A stretch of DNA of 64,000 bases from Bythopirellula sp. Its GTDB lineage: Bacteria; Planctomycetota; Planctomycetia; Pirellulales; Lacipirellulaceae. The notes under the pieces are model-generated. The model was given only the letters and a program-made list of their open reading frames with translations. It was not told the origin of the DNA and searched no databases. Positions within the stretch are counted from its first letter, which is position 1. Every line of letters starts with the position of its first letter. Position numbers and translations under genes: made by a program. The stretch lies in NCBI GenBank assembly GCA_965216565.1, contig OZ244170.1, positions 736,001 through 800,000 on the forward strand. Reading direction: 5' to 3'. Below are positions 19,648 through 29,712 of this stretch, in pieces.

Positions 19648-22161
19648 CTAACCCGCCGGGAGGTATCCCTTCAATACGCCGACAGCAACGAACAACACGA
19701 CTGTGCCTACCACGATAAACATCACGTATTGTCGTAAACTTCCTGTCTGAATCTTGCGGAGCCACAGCCCCAAGTCCCAAGTGCCACGGGCAAATCCGTT
19801 GACAGAACCGTCAACCACCGTGCGGTCCAAAAGCACGTCGACAACCTGGGAAACACCCCGACAAGTGGCAGCCGAGCCGTGCAATATCGAATCGATTACC
19901 CCGCGATCGAACTTAGAAATCAAGTTTGATACGAGCATCGTGGGTTTCACAAAGATGATTTCATAGAGTTCATCAAACCACCATTTGTTCCAGAGCGCGC
20001 TGTGCACTGGCTTGAAGCTCTGCTTCAGCTCTTGCGCGTTTAACAATTTCCACAAGTAAATAATCGCCGCGAGTAGCACACCCGAAAGTGCCGTGCCGAA
20101 AGCAAATAGCCCGGCGGGAACCCTGAATTCGGGATTGTGGCTATCAGGCTCACTGGGAATCGTCAGGTCCGTGAGTATGACGCCTTCCGTCGTGGCCAGG
20201 GTGCCGACAGGCCGAGCCTGACTTAGCAAGTTGATGACGTCGAGGTTCGTGCCAGGCAGAGTCCAGCCGACGCCGATCGCAAACACGGCGAGCAACAGCA
20301 GCGGGCCGGTCATGATACTAGGCGATTCGTGGGCATGATCGAAGCGGTGCTTATCGCGGGGCTCGCCGGCAAAGGTCATGAACCACAATCGGAACATATA
20401 GAACGCCGTGATAAAAGCACCCGCCACGGGAGCCCATTGCAAAATGATGTGCTTCGGATTGGAGCTACCAAAGCTAAACGCTTGTTCGATAATTGCGTCC
20501 TTCGAGTAATAACCGCTGAAACCGATCGTGGTCAGAGGGATCCCTGCACCAATAATGGCAAGACAGCCTACAAGCATCGTGTAAGCAGTGATGGGCATCT
20601 TCTTCCGCAATCCGCCCATCTCAGTCATCTCGTTTGTGTGCACCGCATGGATTACGGAGCCACTGCAGAGGAATAATAAGCTCTTGAAAAAAGCGTGAGT
20701 AATCAAATGGAACATACCAGCTACCCAGCCACCCAGGCCGAGCGACAGCATCATGTAGCCTAACTGGCTAACCGTCGAATAAGCCAACACACGCTTAATG
20801 TCGGTGGCCGTGATGGCAATGGTCGCTGCGATCAGCAGCGTAATACAGCCAATGTAGGCGATTACCAGCAGGGCCTCGGGCGAAAAGGCCGGGTAGAATC
20901 GTCCCACGAGATAGACGCCTGCCGCCACCATCGTTGCCGAGTGGACCAAAGCGGAAACGGGCGTGGGCCCTTCCATCGCGTCCGGCAACCACACATGTAG
21001 CGGAAATTGGGCACTCTTGCCGACGCAGCCGCAAAAGATACCGACGCCAGCGATCAGCAGGAGCCATTGGCCGGCAGTGTTTTTCTCATTGGCATCGTCC
21101 GCAGGAGCAACCTCACCGAGTTCCTCATCAGTGGCGAGTTCTGGACCGGTGGCCATTCGAGCTTCTTCTTCGACCATGCTTTGCGTAGGCTCGAGATGGT
21201 ATTCGTTCTCTTCGGTTCGCAGCTGGCTAAAGATGCCGGGTGATGTGTTGCCCTCGGCATCGACTGAATCTCCAAAGGAGAAAGTTCCCAGGCTCGACCA
21301 TAAGGCCATCATGCCAATGAGCATGCCAAAGTCGCCAACGCGGTTGACGATAAACGCTTTGTTGGCTGCGGTCGAAGCAGAATGCCGCTCAATGTAAAAG
21401 CCAATTAGGAAGTATGAGCAGATGCCTACCAGTTCCCAGAACACGAAGACCATTGCTACGTTGCCGGCAATCACAATGCCAAACATGCTGAAGCAGAACA
21501 GCGAAAGGTACTGGAAGAACCGATGGTAACGACCAGCTCGATGCAGTTTCTCGCCGTTGGAAAGCGTGACTTCCGAATCGGTGAAGTCGTGCAGCTCGTC
21601 GTGCATGTAGCCCATCGCATAGAAATGCACGCACGATGCAATTAGCGAAACCATGCAGAACATGCCGACCGTCAGTGCATCAATGTAGTAGCTCAGCGTT
21701 AGCTTTAGATCGCCAAATTCCGCCAGGGTATACATCTCGCCGGAAACGGCTGCGGGCGGCGGATTATTGGCGTGGTGCTCGTCGCCTTCGTGTTCACCCC
21801 CGTGTCCCGAATCCTCGGCAATAAGGGTCGTGCTTGCAGCCAACTTAAATGGGGACTTGGCTACGACAGCTTGGTTCTCACCTTCGTGCTCCACAGACTC
21901 TTCATGGCCATCTCCATGGTGCGAGGCATCTGCGAGTGGATGGGCTGGCAACCAAACTGCGAATAGGGCAAAGAAACTCAGTGCCACCGAGGTCACGATC
22001 GCACCAGTGGCCACGTAAGCACCTAAAGTGCTTGTCGTATACGACGCGCGCTTGCCTGCCATCTGTGGCAAGCTATAGCCCACCCAGATAATGCAGAACG
22101 ACGCCAACGGCACAAGCCAGGCGGCACCCAAGAGCAACGGCAAATAGAATTCGGGATCCAT
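19648..22161 (-). CDS. nuoL: NADH-quinone oxidoreductase subunit L
   Basis: WELVGICSYFLIGF, NRVGDFG, GKSAQFPLHVWLPDAMEGPTPVSALVHSATMV, HAFFKSLLFL. Confidence 0.96.
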   Translation of the reverse strand: MDPEFYLPLLLGAAWLVPLASFCIIWVGYSLPQMAGKRASYTTSTLGAYVATGAIVTSVALSFFALFAVWLPAHPLADASHHGDGHEESVEHEGENQAVVAKSPFKLAASTTLIAEDSGHGGEHEGDEHHANNPPPAAVSGEMYTLAEFGDLKLTLSYYIDALTVGMFCMVSLIASCVHFYAMGYMHDELHDFTDSEVTLSNGEKLHRAGRYHRFFQYLSLFCFSMFGIVIAGNVAMVFVFWELVGICSYFLIGFYIERHSASTAANKAFIVNRVGDFGMLIGMMALWSSLGTFSFGDSVDAEGNTSPGIFSQLRTEENEYHLEPTQSMVEEEARMATGPELATDEELGEVAPADDANEKNTAGQWLLLIAGVGIFCGCVGKSAQFPLHVWLPDAMEGPTPVSALVHSATMVAAGVYLVGRFYPAFSPEALLVIAYIGCITLLIAATIAITATDIKRVLAYSTVSQLGYMMLSLGLGGWVAGMFHLITHAFFKSLLFLCSGSVIHAVHTNEMTEMGGLRKKMPITAYTMLVGCLAIIGAGIPLTTIGFSGYYSKDAIIEQAFSFGSSNPKHIILQWAPVAGAFITAFYMFRLWFMTFAGEPRDKHRFDHAHESPSIMTGPLLLLAVFAIGVGWTLPGTNLDVINLLSQARPVGTLATTEGVILTDLTIPSEPDSHNPEFRVPAGLFAFGTALSGVLLAAIIYLWKLLNAQELKQSFKPVHSALWNKWWFDELYEIIFVKPTMLVSNLISKFDRGVIDSILHGSAATCRGVSQVVDVLLDRTVVDGSVNGFARGTWDLGLWLRKIQTGSLRQYVMFIVVGTVVLFVAVGVLKGYLPAG

Positions 22162-22173
22162 CTTCGTGGAAGC

Positions 22174-22533
22174 TTATCCTTGCAATTGATCGGCGCGGTC
22201 GACGTCGATCGAGTCGTAGTTGTTATAAAAATTCAATGCGATTGCCAAAGCGACTGCAGCCTCCGCTGCGGCAAGCACAATCACAAACAACGCAATCAGT
22301 TGGCCATCGAGACCCAGCGAGTAAGCATCATTCCGCAACCAGGGACTGCCAAAGGCAATGAAATTCAAATTGGCCCCGTTCAGAACTAGCTCGATGCCCA
22401 TCAGGATGCCGAGTGCGTTTCGCTTAGTGGCCATGCATAGCACACCACAAACGAACATGATGGCACCAACAGCCATATAGTGGGCGACGCCCACGGGTTC
22501 GGTTAGCAAATTGGCAAGTGGAAGTAGGTGCAT
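22174..22533 (-). CDS. nuoK: NADH-quinone oxidoreductase subunit K
   Basis: LMGIELVLNGANLN, AAAEAAVALAI. Confidence 0.95.
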   Translation of the reverse strand: MHLLPLANLLTEPVGVAHYMAVGAIMFVCGVLCMATKRNALGILMGIELVLNGANLNFIAFGSPWLRNDAYSLGLDGQLIALFVIVLAAAEAAVALAIALNFYNNYDSIDVDRADQLQG

Positions 22534-22538
22534 GAATA

Positions 22539-23147
22539 CTAAGTCGATGATGTCGGAGGATTGATTTGTTTTGTTTTACGCTTTGCTCGAGCCAAGTAAG
22601 CAGCGCCTACGAGCACCACCAGTAGGTGGACCGAGACGATTTCGAACGGCAGCAGGTAGCCTGAAAGCCCGTCTTGCACGGCATCTTCGCCCAATTTGTC
22701 CACACGAGCACCTACTAAGGCCATGCCCAAAGGTGTTGCGGTCTGGGGCGACGCGATGGCTTCTGCCTCAGCACGTTCGATTCCACGCCATTCGGGCACG
22801 CTGAACGCGGTATAGATCAATATCACTAGCAATGCCCCGCCAGCCATAAAAGCCCATACCCAATCACCAGCCCAGGTTTTCATTTCCACGAAACGTTCTT
22901 GGGAAGTGAGCATCACACCAAAAATCAGCAGAACTAGTGTTCCGCCGACGTAGATCATTAACTGCATGGCTCCAACAAAATCCGCGCCGGCTAAGAAAAA
23001 CAGCGCCGATGTCGATGCCAAGGACATCACCAGATAGAAGGCCATGCGAACGATGTTCTGCGATACCAACACGGCCACAGCAAACACGCAGGCCAGTCCG
23101 CTAAAGAACAGGAAAAAGAACGATGGCCAATAGATCCCAGATTCCAT
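22539..23147 (-). CDS. nuoJ: NADH-quinone oxidoreductase subunit J
   Basis: QLMIYVGGTLVLLIFGVML, LLPFEIVSVHLLV. Confidence 0.94.
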   Translation of the reverse strand: MESGIYWPSFFFLFFSGLACVFAVAVLVSQNIVRMAFYLVMSLASTSALFFLAGADFVGAMQLMIYVGGTLVLLIFGVMLTSQERFVEMKTWAGDWVWAFMAGGALLVILIYTAFSVPEWRGIERAEAEAIASPQTATPLGMALVGARVDKLGEDAVQDGLSGYLLPFEIVSVHLLVVLVGAAYLARAKRKTKQINPPTSST

Positions 23148-23149
23148 GA

Positions 23150-24409
23150 CTAAATAGCCTCCTGGGATAAAGTTCGGACGGCGAGCGTTCCATCATCGAC
23201 GGCGGGAGCCAAATCTTCGTCAGAACTCCAGCCTTCGCGCAGTTCATGGACTGCTTCGGGGACGGGGGTGAATCCGAAGAAATTTCTATCTGGCAGTTGA
23301 AAGTGCCAGTAGGTAGCGCCGAGGAACATTGCCGCGGCGATTGGTGTGCAGTATTTCAAACAAGTAGCCATCACCTGGTCAATTCGTAACCGGGGCAGCG
23401 TCCAACGAATCCAGATCATCACGCATACGCCGACCACGCCCTTGAATAGCACGTTGCAGACGCCTAGCAATTGACCTAAATACCAAGCCAAGTCGCCATT
23501 TTCAGCCGTCAGCCCCAACATAGTTGCCACCGGAATCGGTCCGTGCCAGCCACCCAGGAAGAGAATGGATGCCAAGATACTTACTAAGAGCATCGAACCA
23601 TACTCGGCCATGAAGAAAAAGCTCCATCGCAAACCAGAGTATTCTGTATGGAAACCAGCAACCAATTCGCTTTCGGCCTCGGCCAGATCGAAAGGAGCAC
23701 GATTCACACTGGCTGTCGCACAGGTGAAGTACACCCAAAAGGTGATGAAGGTGAAAGGATCGTGGAACACCAGCCAATTCGTGAACCACCCAGCTTGGCG
23801 ATCGCCAATGACCACCATGTCCATCGATCCAGCGATCAGCACCGGAACAACAACGCACATCCCTAGGGGCACTTCGTAGCTAACCACTTGGGCCGCTTCT
23901 CGCATTGCTCCGAACAGCGACCATTTGGACGCTGAAGAATAGCCAGCGAGTATCACGCCAAACACTTCCAGGCCCAAGACAGCGAGTACAAAGAAAACAC
24001 CGGCGTTGACGTGCAGTGCAATAAATGGGTACTCACCGCCAGCAAACGGAATAGCAATGAACGCCGAAATGGAGGCGGCAAAACTCACGTAGGGTGCAAT
24101 CTTAAAGAGAAAACCATCGGCCCCCTCGGGCATCAAGTCTTCTTTGGTCAGTAGTTTTAAGCCGTCCGCCAAGGTTTGCAGCCAGCCGAACTTGCCGCCT
24201 ACACGGGTTGGACCCAAGCGATCCTGAATTCGGCCAGAGATTTTGCGTTCCAGCCAGATGAAGACCAGAGCACTAACGGCTACTAGATTGAGGATCAATC
24301 CAATGTGAATGAGTGGAGCAATGAGATAGCCTGCCCACGCATCGTGCGCAACAGAAGAGCCCACCCAAGAGAGCAGCCAATTTAAGACATCATTAATAAG
24401 GCCAGCCAC
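23150..24409 (-). CDS. nuoH: NADH-quinone oxidoreductase subunit H
   Basis: ERKISGRIQDRLGP, LADGLKLLTKE, NRAPFDLAEAESELVAGFHTEYSG, TLPRLRIDQ. Confidence 0.96.
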   Translation of the reverse strand: MAGLINDVLNWLLSWVGSSVAHDAWAGYLIAPLIHIGLILNLVAVSALVFIWLERKISGRIQDRLGPTRVGGKFGWLQTLADGLKLLTKEDLMPEGADGFLFKIAPYVSFAASISAFIAIPFAGGEYPFIALHVNAGVFFVLAVLGLEVFGVILAGYSSASKWSLFGAMREAAQVVSYEVPLGMCVVVPVLIAGSMDMVVIGDRQAGWFTNWLVFHDPFTFITFWVYFTCATASVNRAPFDLAEAESELVAGFHTEYSGLRWSFFFMAEYGSMLLVSILASILFLGGWHGPIPVATMLGLTAENGDLAWYLGQLLGVCNVLFKGVVGVCVMIWIRWTLPRLRIDQVMATCLKYCTPIAAAMFLGATYWHFQLPDRNFFGFTPVPEAVHELREGWSSDEDLAPAVDDGTLAVRTLSQEAI

Positions 24410-24531
24410 GAAGTTACTTCCCTGATTTTCTCTTCAAGCGTTCGAGCAAGTTATCTGCGGAAATGATAGCTGTCACTACAAAACCTTTGCCTAACACCAT
24501 TTACACTTAACGTGTGCGACAGACCAAAAGA

Positions 24532-24549
24532 TTGTGAAATATGGCACAA
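24532..24549. promoter_or_regulatory. Rex-like operator inside the nuo operon, upstream of nuoH
   Basis: TTGTGAA-ATAT-GGCACAA versus Rex consensus TTGTGAA-N4-TTCACAA (2 mismatches). Confidence 0.5.
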
Positions 24550-24603
24550 TCACCTGCGAAGCGACAAGCCCCTGCAGCGGAAATAGGGAGAAATAAGCAT
24601 GAC

Positions 24604-25809
24604 TTACCGGTCGATCTCACCCATCACAATGTCGAGCGAGCCCACAACGGCCGGAACGTCAGCGATCAGGCAATCTCGGCATAAGTCGGAGACTACGCAA
24701 AGATTGCTGAAGCAACTGCTACGAGCCCGGGCTCGCCAGGGAATCGCGCTGCCATCGCTCACCAGGTAAAAGCCCATTTGGCCGCGCGGAGCTTCGGTCT
24801 CTAGGTAAACCTCTCCAGCAGGCAACTTCGCATTGAGCTTCACGGGTTCCCCGTAGCCATCCGTCGCCGTGCTGTAGCGATCCATGGCCTGACGAACCAG
24901 ATCGATGGATTGCATCACTTCCAGCATTCGCACATAGAACCGATGCCAACAGTCGCCTAGCACCGCTTCGTGGGGGACCGCAGGGTAGTTGTGATCGTCG
25001 GGATAATGGCCGTTGCGTTCGGTAATGACTTCGAAGGCATAACCATCGTACATGGCCGTGTAAATCTCTTCGCCGTCGCGACGCAAATCGTGGTCGACGC
25101 CACTTCCGCGAAGGACTGGCCCGCTGGTGCCAAAATCGATTGCCATTTCCGGTGACATGATGCCAATGGATGCCGTACGTTTTACGAAAATGGAGTTCGT
25201 GGTCAACAACGTGTGATATTCGGTGATAATCGGCAGCAACTCATCGAGAAACTTCTCGCATTTAGCAAGCCACCCTGGAGGCAGATCGGCAGTGGCTCCT
25301 CCGACGGTTAGGTAACTGTAAGTCAACCGAGCGCCACAAGCTTCCTCGAACAGGTCAAGAATTTTCTCACGTTCGCGAAAGGCATACAGGAAGGGGCTGA
25401 ACGAGCCAAGATCGAGGCCGTAAGTACCCATGCCAACTAAGTGGCTGGCAATACGTCCCATCTCTGAAATAATAACTCGCAGGTGACGCCCCTTCTCAGG
25501 CGGCTCGTATTTCATGAGCTTTTCGACGCACAGAGCCCAGCCCAAATTCATATTCATTGCCGCCAGATAATCCATCCGGTCGGTGTATGGAATCCATTGC
25601 CGAGGAGTGAGATTCTCACCAATTTTCTCAGCACATCGGTGCAGATAACCAATGTGAGGCGTAACTTCAGAAACAACTTCGCCATCGGTCCGCAACACCA
25701 ACCGCAGCACACCGTGCGTACTGGGATGCTGTGGGCCCATGTTTACCAACATTTCGTCGGTGCGAACGTCAAACTCGATTTCGCGAGGATCATCAACTGT
25801 CATCGACAT
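24604..25809 (-). CDS. nuoD: NADH-quinone oxidoreductase subunit D
   Basis: NMGPQHPSTHGVLRL, GYLHRCAEK, DRMDY, EAPRG, LDIVMGEIDR. Confidence 0.96.
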   Translation of the reverse strand: MSMTVDDPREIEFDVRTDEMLVNMGPQHPSTHGVLRLVLRTDGEVVSEVTPHIGYLHRCAEKIGENLTPRQWIPYTDRMDYLAAMNMNLGWALCVEKLMKYEPPEKGRHLRVIISEMGRIASHLVGMGTYGLDLGSFSPFLYAFREREKILDLFEEACGARLTYSYLTVGGATADLPPGWLAKCEKFLDELLPIITEYHTLLTTNSIFVKRTASIGIMSPEMAIDFGTSGPVLRGSGVDHDLRRDGEEIYTAMYDGYAFEVITERNGHYPDDHNYPAVPHEAVLGDCWHRFYVRMLEVMQSIDLVRQAMDRYSTATDGYGEPVKLNAKLPAGEVYLETEAPRGQMGFYLVSDGSAIPWRARARSSCFSNLCVVSDLCRDCLIADVPAVVGSLDIVMGEIDR

Positions 25810-25811
25810 CG

Positions 25812-26342
25812 CTATCTTCCCCTAATTCCGTGATAATCCAACGGCATCTCGTAATCTCTGCGGAGCGGATAGCCAACCCAATCTTCCGGGCAAAGGATGC
25901 GTCGTAGGTTTGGATGATCGGTGAAGGCCACCCCAAACAAGTCATATACCTCCCGCTCGTGCCAATCGGCAGTACGCCAAACTGAGGCTACTGACGGTAC
26001 TTCGGGAAGTGAATTCACCTCATCGTCTTTCCACCTTGGCAGCAACACTTTAAGCACCAAGCTGTGCTTATGCTGCATACTGAACATGTGGTAGACGATC
26101 TCTAGGTGGGGCTCCCAGTCGACCTTGGCAGCTTTTTTTTCGTCCGTGTGAAGATAATCAACACCCGAAATCGAATTGAGATAATCAAAAGCCAAGCTCG
26201 GTTCATCCTTCAGGTGCGTACACACCTCAATCAAACCATCCGGAGCCACTTCGATCCAAGGATCGATGTTCTCCAGATTCGAACTGGTGATCTTGTCGCC
26301 GAACTTCTGTTTCAGCTGGTCGACAAAAGACTGTCCACTCAT
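25812..26342 (-). CDS. nuoC: NADH-quinone oxidoreductase subunit C
   Basis: ADWHEREVYDLFG..HPNLRRILCPEDWVGYPLRRDY. Confidence 0.95.
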   Translation of the reverse strand: MSGQSFVDQLKQKFGDKITSSNLENIDPWIEVAPDGLIEVCTHLKDEPSLAFDYLNSISGVDYLHTDEKKAAKVDWEPHLEIVYHMFSMQHKHSLVLKVLLPRWKDDEVNSLPEVPSVASVWRTADWHEREVYDLFGVAFTDHPNLRRILCPEDWVGYPLRRDYEMPLDYHGIRGR

Positions 26343-26381
26343 AGAGGAATCAAGGGTAGGGGGGTGAAGTATTGGTAAATG

Positions 26382-27059
26382 TTAAGCCGACAAAATGGAG
26401 CCCGCTGCTCGTGGTCGATCAATGACTGTAGTGGGTGGTGCGCGTTCAACCACGCCACCTTGCTGACTATTAATCGCCCGAACCCAATCAAGATCGCCTC
26501 GCCGCCAGACATAGGCGAAGCCAACCATCAGCACGGCAAAAAATACGGCGATATCTGCAAACGAAGTCAGGGCCACCTTGCGCGATGTGTCTCTTAATGC
26601 CGCTTCAGCAGCAGCCACCGAACCGGCCGCTACACCTAGCTCTTCCAGCTTTTCCGCAGAGAGCGAAGGAGCCGTGCCATCCCTCACGCCTAGCTCAAGC
26701 AAACGCTCTTTGGCTAGCGGTGAGTAAGCGGGTTGGCCATCTTCCAGCTCGGCGGAAACGACAGGCAGGTTGTCTGAGGTTAAAGCAACCGACTTGCCAA
26801 AAACCGTGGCCCAGGGAAAGAAGAATGCTACCTCGACGTCAAAAATGATGAAGAGCAGAGCCACCACATAAAAACGCAAGTCGAATTGCACAAAGCTCGA
26901 GCCGATTACTGGCTCGCCGCATTCGTACACTTCAAGCTTCTCTTTGTTTGGCAGCTTCGGCCTGACAAACTTACCCACTAGCAAGTTGACGAACAGAAAA
27001 GCGATCGCCACGCCCGCAAACAGAGCCAAATAAGCGACAATTGCAGTTGGTGTTGCCAT
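26382..27059 (-). CDS. nuoA: NADH-quinone oxidoreductase subunit A with a long insertion before TM3
   Basis: KLEVYECGE, FYVVALLFIIFDVEVAFFFPWA, YVWRRGDLDW. Confidence 0.93.
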   Translation of the reverse strand: MATPTAIVAYLALFAGVAIAFLFVNLLVGKFVRPKLPNKEKLEVYECGEPVIGSSFVQFDLRFYVVALLFIIFDVEVAFFFPWATVFGKSVALTSDNLPVVSAELEDGQPAYSPLAKERLLELGVRDGTAPSLSAEKLEELGVAAGSVAAAEAALRDTSRKVALTSFADIAVFFAVLMVGFAYVWRRGDLDWVRAINSQQGGVVERAPPTTVIDRPRAAGSILSA

Positions 27060-27124
27060 GTTTTCGATACTTTAGATAGTTTCAGCGGGCCGACGGGTCG
27101 CCGTTGTTGGCTATTGGTAGTTGG

Positions 27125-27673
27125 CTATTGATTGGGTCCGCCATGGACCGGTTCTGTAATGACTTTTGATTGAGCGACCGCCGTCGGATTGAGTGAGGCA
27201 CGGCCCCACGCCACGTCGAGGGGAAGTCGAGAGAAATCGACGATCGAGCCATCGCGGCTGTAACAACTCAAATCGTGCGTGGCGCCCATGAAAATGCAAT
27301 CTACGGGGCAGGGCTCGACACAAAGGGCGCAGAACATGCACTTCGTATAGTCGATCGTGTAGCCCGTGATCTTGAAACCTTTGCTACCCTCAACCCGTTC
27401 TTTGCCAATGTAAATACAATCTACGGGGCAAGCTTTTGCGCACTGATCGCAAGAGATACAAGTGGTTAAGTCAAAGCGATGGAAGCCACGGTAGCGAGCA
27501 GCCACGGGTACCGGCAACTCTGGATACTCGAAGTGTTCGGTAAACGTCTTGCGTTCCGGTTGATACGTTTTCATCCAGGTTCGCAGCGTAATCCACATAC
27601 CGTTTGTCACGGTGTAGATGGCATCAAAAATGTTGCCTAACCATGGGAAGACTCTCTTGAGCCAAGCAATCAT
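27125..27673 (-). CDS. nuoI: NADH-quinone oxidoreductase subunit I (2x[4Fe-4S])
   Basis: [33 protein letters not shown]. Confidence 0.9.
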   Translation of the reverse strand: MIAWLKRVFPWLGNIFDAIYTVTNGMWITLRTWMKTYQPERKTFTEHFEYPELPVPVAARYRGFHRFDLTTCISCDQCAKACPVDCIYIGKERVEGSKGFKITGYTIDYTKCMFCALCVEPCPVDCIFMGATHDLSCYSRDGSIVDFSRLPLDVAWGRASLNPTAVAQSKVITEPVHGGPNQ

Positions 27674-28309
27674 TGGTATCGAAATCCTTATCCTTCGAAG
27701 AATGATCGAAGGGACTCTGCGGCGGAATTATTGTAATCGGGTTTTCAAGCTGCAACTCTGGCGAGTGGGCCCACGCTTTTAGCTGCGGAGACTCTACTGA
27801 ATTGCCAGCAACGCTTTCTGCTCTTCACAATCCAGTGGATTATATGTTGCCCGCTTTTGCTCGCAACCACTGTTGTGGATTTAACTCAAAGTGGGGAGAG
27901 AACTTCCAAGCATTCTACGAACCGTGAGCTGGGCGATTCAGCAATCCTTGGTCGGTGCAATCGGAGAGAGGAGATATACCCCCCCCGATCCTTCTGATTG
28001 GGGGACCTCCGTCTCGCAACTCAAGTGACTCGCGAAGCCGCCTAGTTTTGCGGTTGCCATGAAGTTCTGTACCACCCTGCTTAGGGGGTCGCCAGATTCT
28101 CTTGTTGAGGCTGAAATTGAACCAGCTCTAGGTATTAGTGTCTAGGCTGTAAGTTGTTGATGCATCATGTGTTAGATGGCAATTCATGAGCGAGGGTATC
28201 GGCGTTTAGAAGAACTTGGTGGAACAGGCAAAATGGGTCCGAAAAGACTAATATCGCGTCAAAACGGGCCTAGTCGCCTAAAAAAGGCCCATCTCCCTAG
28301 CATCTTTGC

Positions 28310-28337
28310 TTGACTATAGTCAATCACCACGTAGAGT
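28310..28337 (+). promoter_or_regulatory. Putative sigma70 promoter of csrA with a palindrome over the -35 box
   Basis: TTGACT-16 nt-TAGAGT; TTGACTATAGTCAA is a perfect 14-bp palindrome. Confidence 0.45.
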
Positions 28338-28485
28338 GGATTGAAGGGACACATCGTGTGCGCCCTGGCCTACCTATCTTTCTTGCTGAAAACGGCTTAC
28401 GAAGAGAAGGACGGGCGAGCCTGGATTGGACGCCGACGCGGCCAGTGAAGTGCTGCCGGCTAATGCTGACGAAGGAATCGATTTC

Positions 28486-28692
28486 ATGTTGGTACTCTCG
28501 CGGAAGAAGAACGAGAGCATCGTTATCAACGACGACATCACAATTGTCGTGGTTGAGATTCGAGGCGACAAGGTACGCTTGGGCGTGGAAGCCCCCAAGG
28601 AAGTGCCCGTTCACCGGAACGAAGTTTACGAAGCGATTCGCCGCAATCAACAGGTTGCTGGGGAAGCTGACGCGGGAACCCCCGCCGAATAG
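28486..28692 (+). CDS. csrA: Carbon storage regulator, RNA-binding
   Basis: MLVLSRKKNESIVINDDI..GDKVRLGVEAPKEVPVHRNEVY; AAGGA RBS. Confidence 0.96.
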   Translation: MLVLSRKKNESIVINDDITIVVVEIRGDKVRLGVEAPKEVPVHRNEVYEAIRRNQQVAGEADAGTPAE

Positions 28693-28899
28693 TCTTTCTC
28701 GTCACTCGTTTCGCTGAATTTCTCTCTAGCTGTCTATCGCTCCGGCAGTGTTTCTAGCGGTATTTTCACGACTACGGTCGCATTCAACCGCCAAACTTGC
28801 ATTCGTTCCCTTAGGAACTGAGTGAGTTCAAACCCAGCCTGCTTCTTCTCGGGGGAAATAATAGGGTGGCAAAGTGCGAATCTGCCGTTGCCCTTGACC

Positions 28900-28928
28900 T
28901 TGTCCAACGGTTGCCTTACTCCTATAGT
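28900..28928 (+). promoter_or_regulatory. Sigma70 promoter of tRNA-Glu
   Basis: TTGTCC-17 nt-TATAGT about 50 bp upstream of the tRNA. Confidence 0.55.
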
Positions 28929-28978
28929 CTTCTCATCCACACGAGCTTAGCTGCCGTGGGATGCATTCAAGAAGAGTT

Positions 28979-29051
28979 GGCCCCTTCGTCTAGCGGTCTA
29001 GGACTCCGGCCTTTCACGCCGGCAACACGGGTTCGAGTCCCGTAGGGGTCA
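28979..29051 (+). tRNA. tRNA-Glu(TTC), CCA not encoded
   Basis: Acceptor stem GGCCCCT/AGGGGTC, anticodon arm CCGGC-CT-TTC-AC-GCCGG, T-arm GGTTCGAGTCC. Confidence 0.97.
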
Positions 29052-29219
29052 CTTTTTCTTTTCTCTGCCTTATCGGAATCCTCTTCTTCGAGTCCGAACG
29101 AAAGGCCATTCACCCAAGAAGGATGGCCAAATTGTGCCAGAAAATAGGTGAGGCTGGGCCAAAACTATATCTTGTGTTCATCAATTTTTGCCATACAGCG
29201 GATGGTGTTTTTGCGAATT

Positions 29220-29579
29220 CTATTTTTCGAAAAAATAGCTTCGAGCCGAAAAAACCAGCCCGACCATCAACAGGTTGACTAGCACGGCGACGATGTTGAT
29301 GCCCAAAAAACCGATCACGTGGTAACCGGCGATGATTAGAAACAGGAAATAAACCCACCGCCAGCCCTTGAGTAATCCCGTGATGAATAGGACTTTCGCC
29401 AGGAGCCAATACAGGGCAATCGGCTGATCCAGCACGGAGAGCAGATTTCCTAAGCCCTCCAAGCCGAGGAGTACCACGACCACCCAAATTTGCCAGGGAA
29501 CAGAACTCGGCGAGTTTACCGAGGATTGTTCGCTATCCAAATTTTCGGCTGTGCTGGGAACTTGATTTTCTACGTTCAT
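29220..29579 (-). CDS. Small hypothetical membrane protein
   Basis: ATG with upstream GAGGA; 3-4 hydrophobic segments. Confidence 0.6.
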   Translation of the reverse strand: MNVENQVPSTAENLDSEQSSVNSPSSVPWQIWVVVVLLGLEGLGNLLSVLDQPIALYWLLAKVLFITGLLKGWRWVYFLFLIIAGYHVIGFLGINIVAVLVNLLMVGLVFSARSYFFEK

Positions 29580-29712
29580 CGCCGCGCTTCCTCATTGTCG
29601 ACTGGCGAACCCGTCGACTGGCATAACCTGAAACAACCGGTTGATGGCATTGGCATCCTCGGTGCCGCATTTATTCTATCAATTTTTAGATGCCAAAATG
29701 AGAGGCCCCCCT

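Noticed and set aside
27979..27986. C8 homopolymer as a phase-variation switch
   Set aside because: Intergenic, short, and not placed within any promoter I can identify
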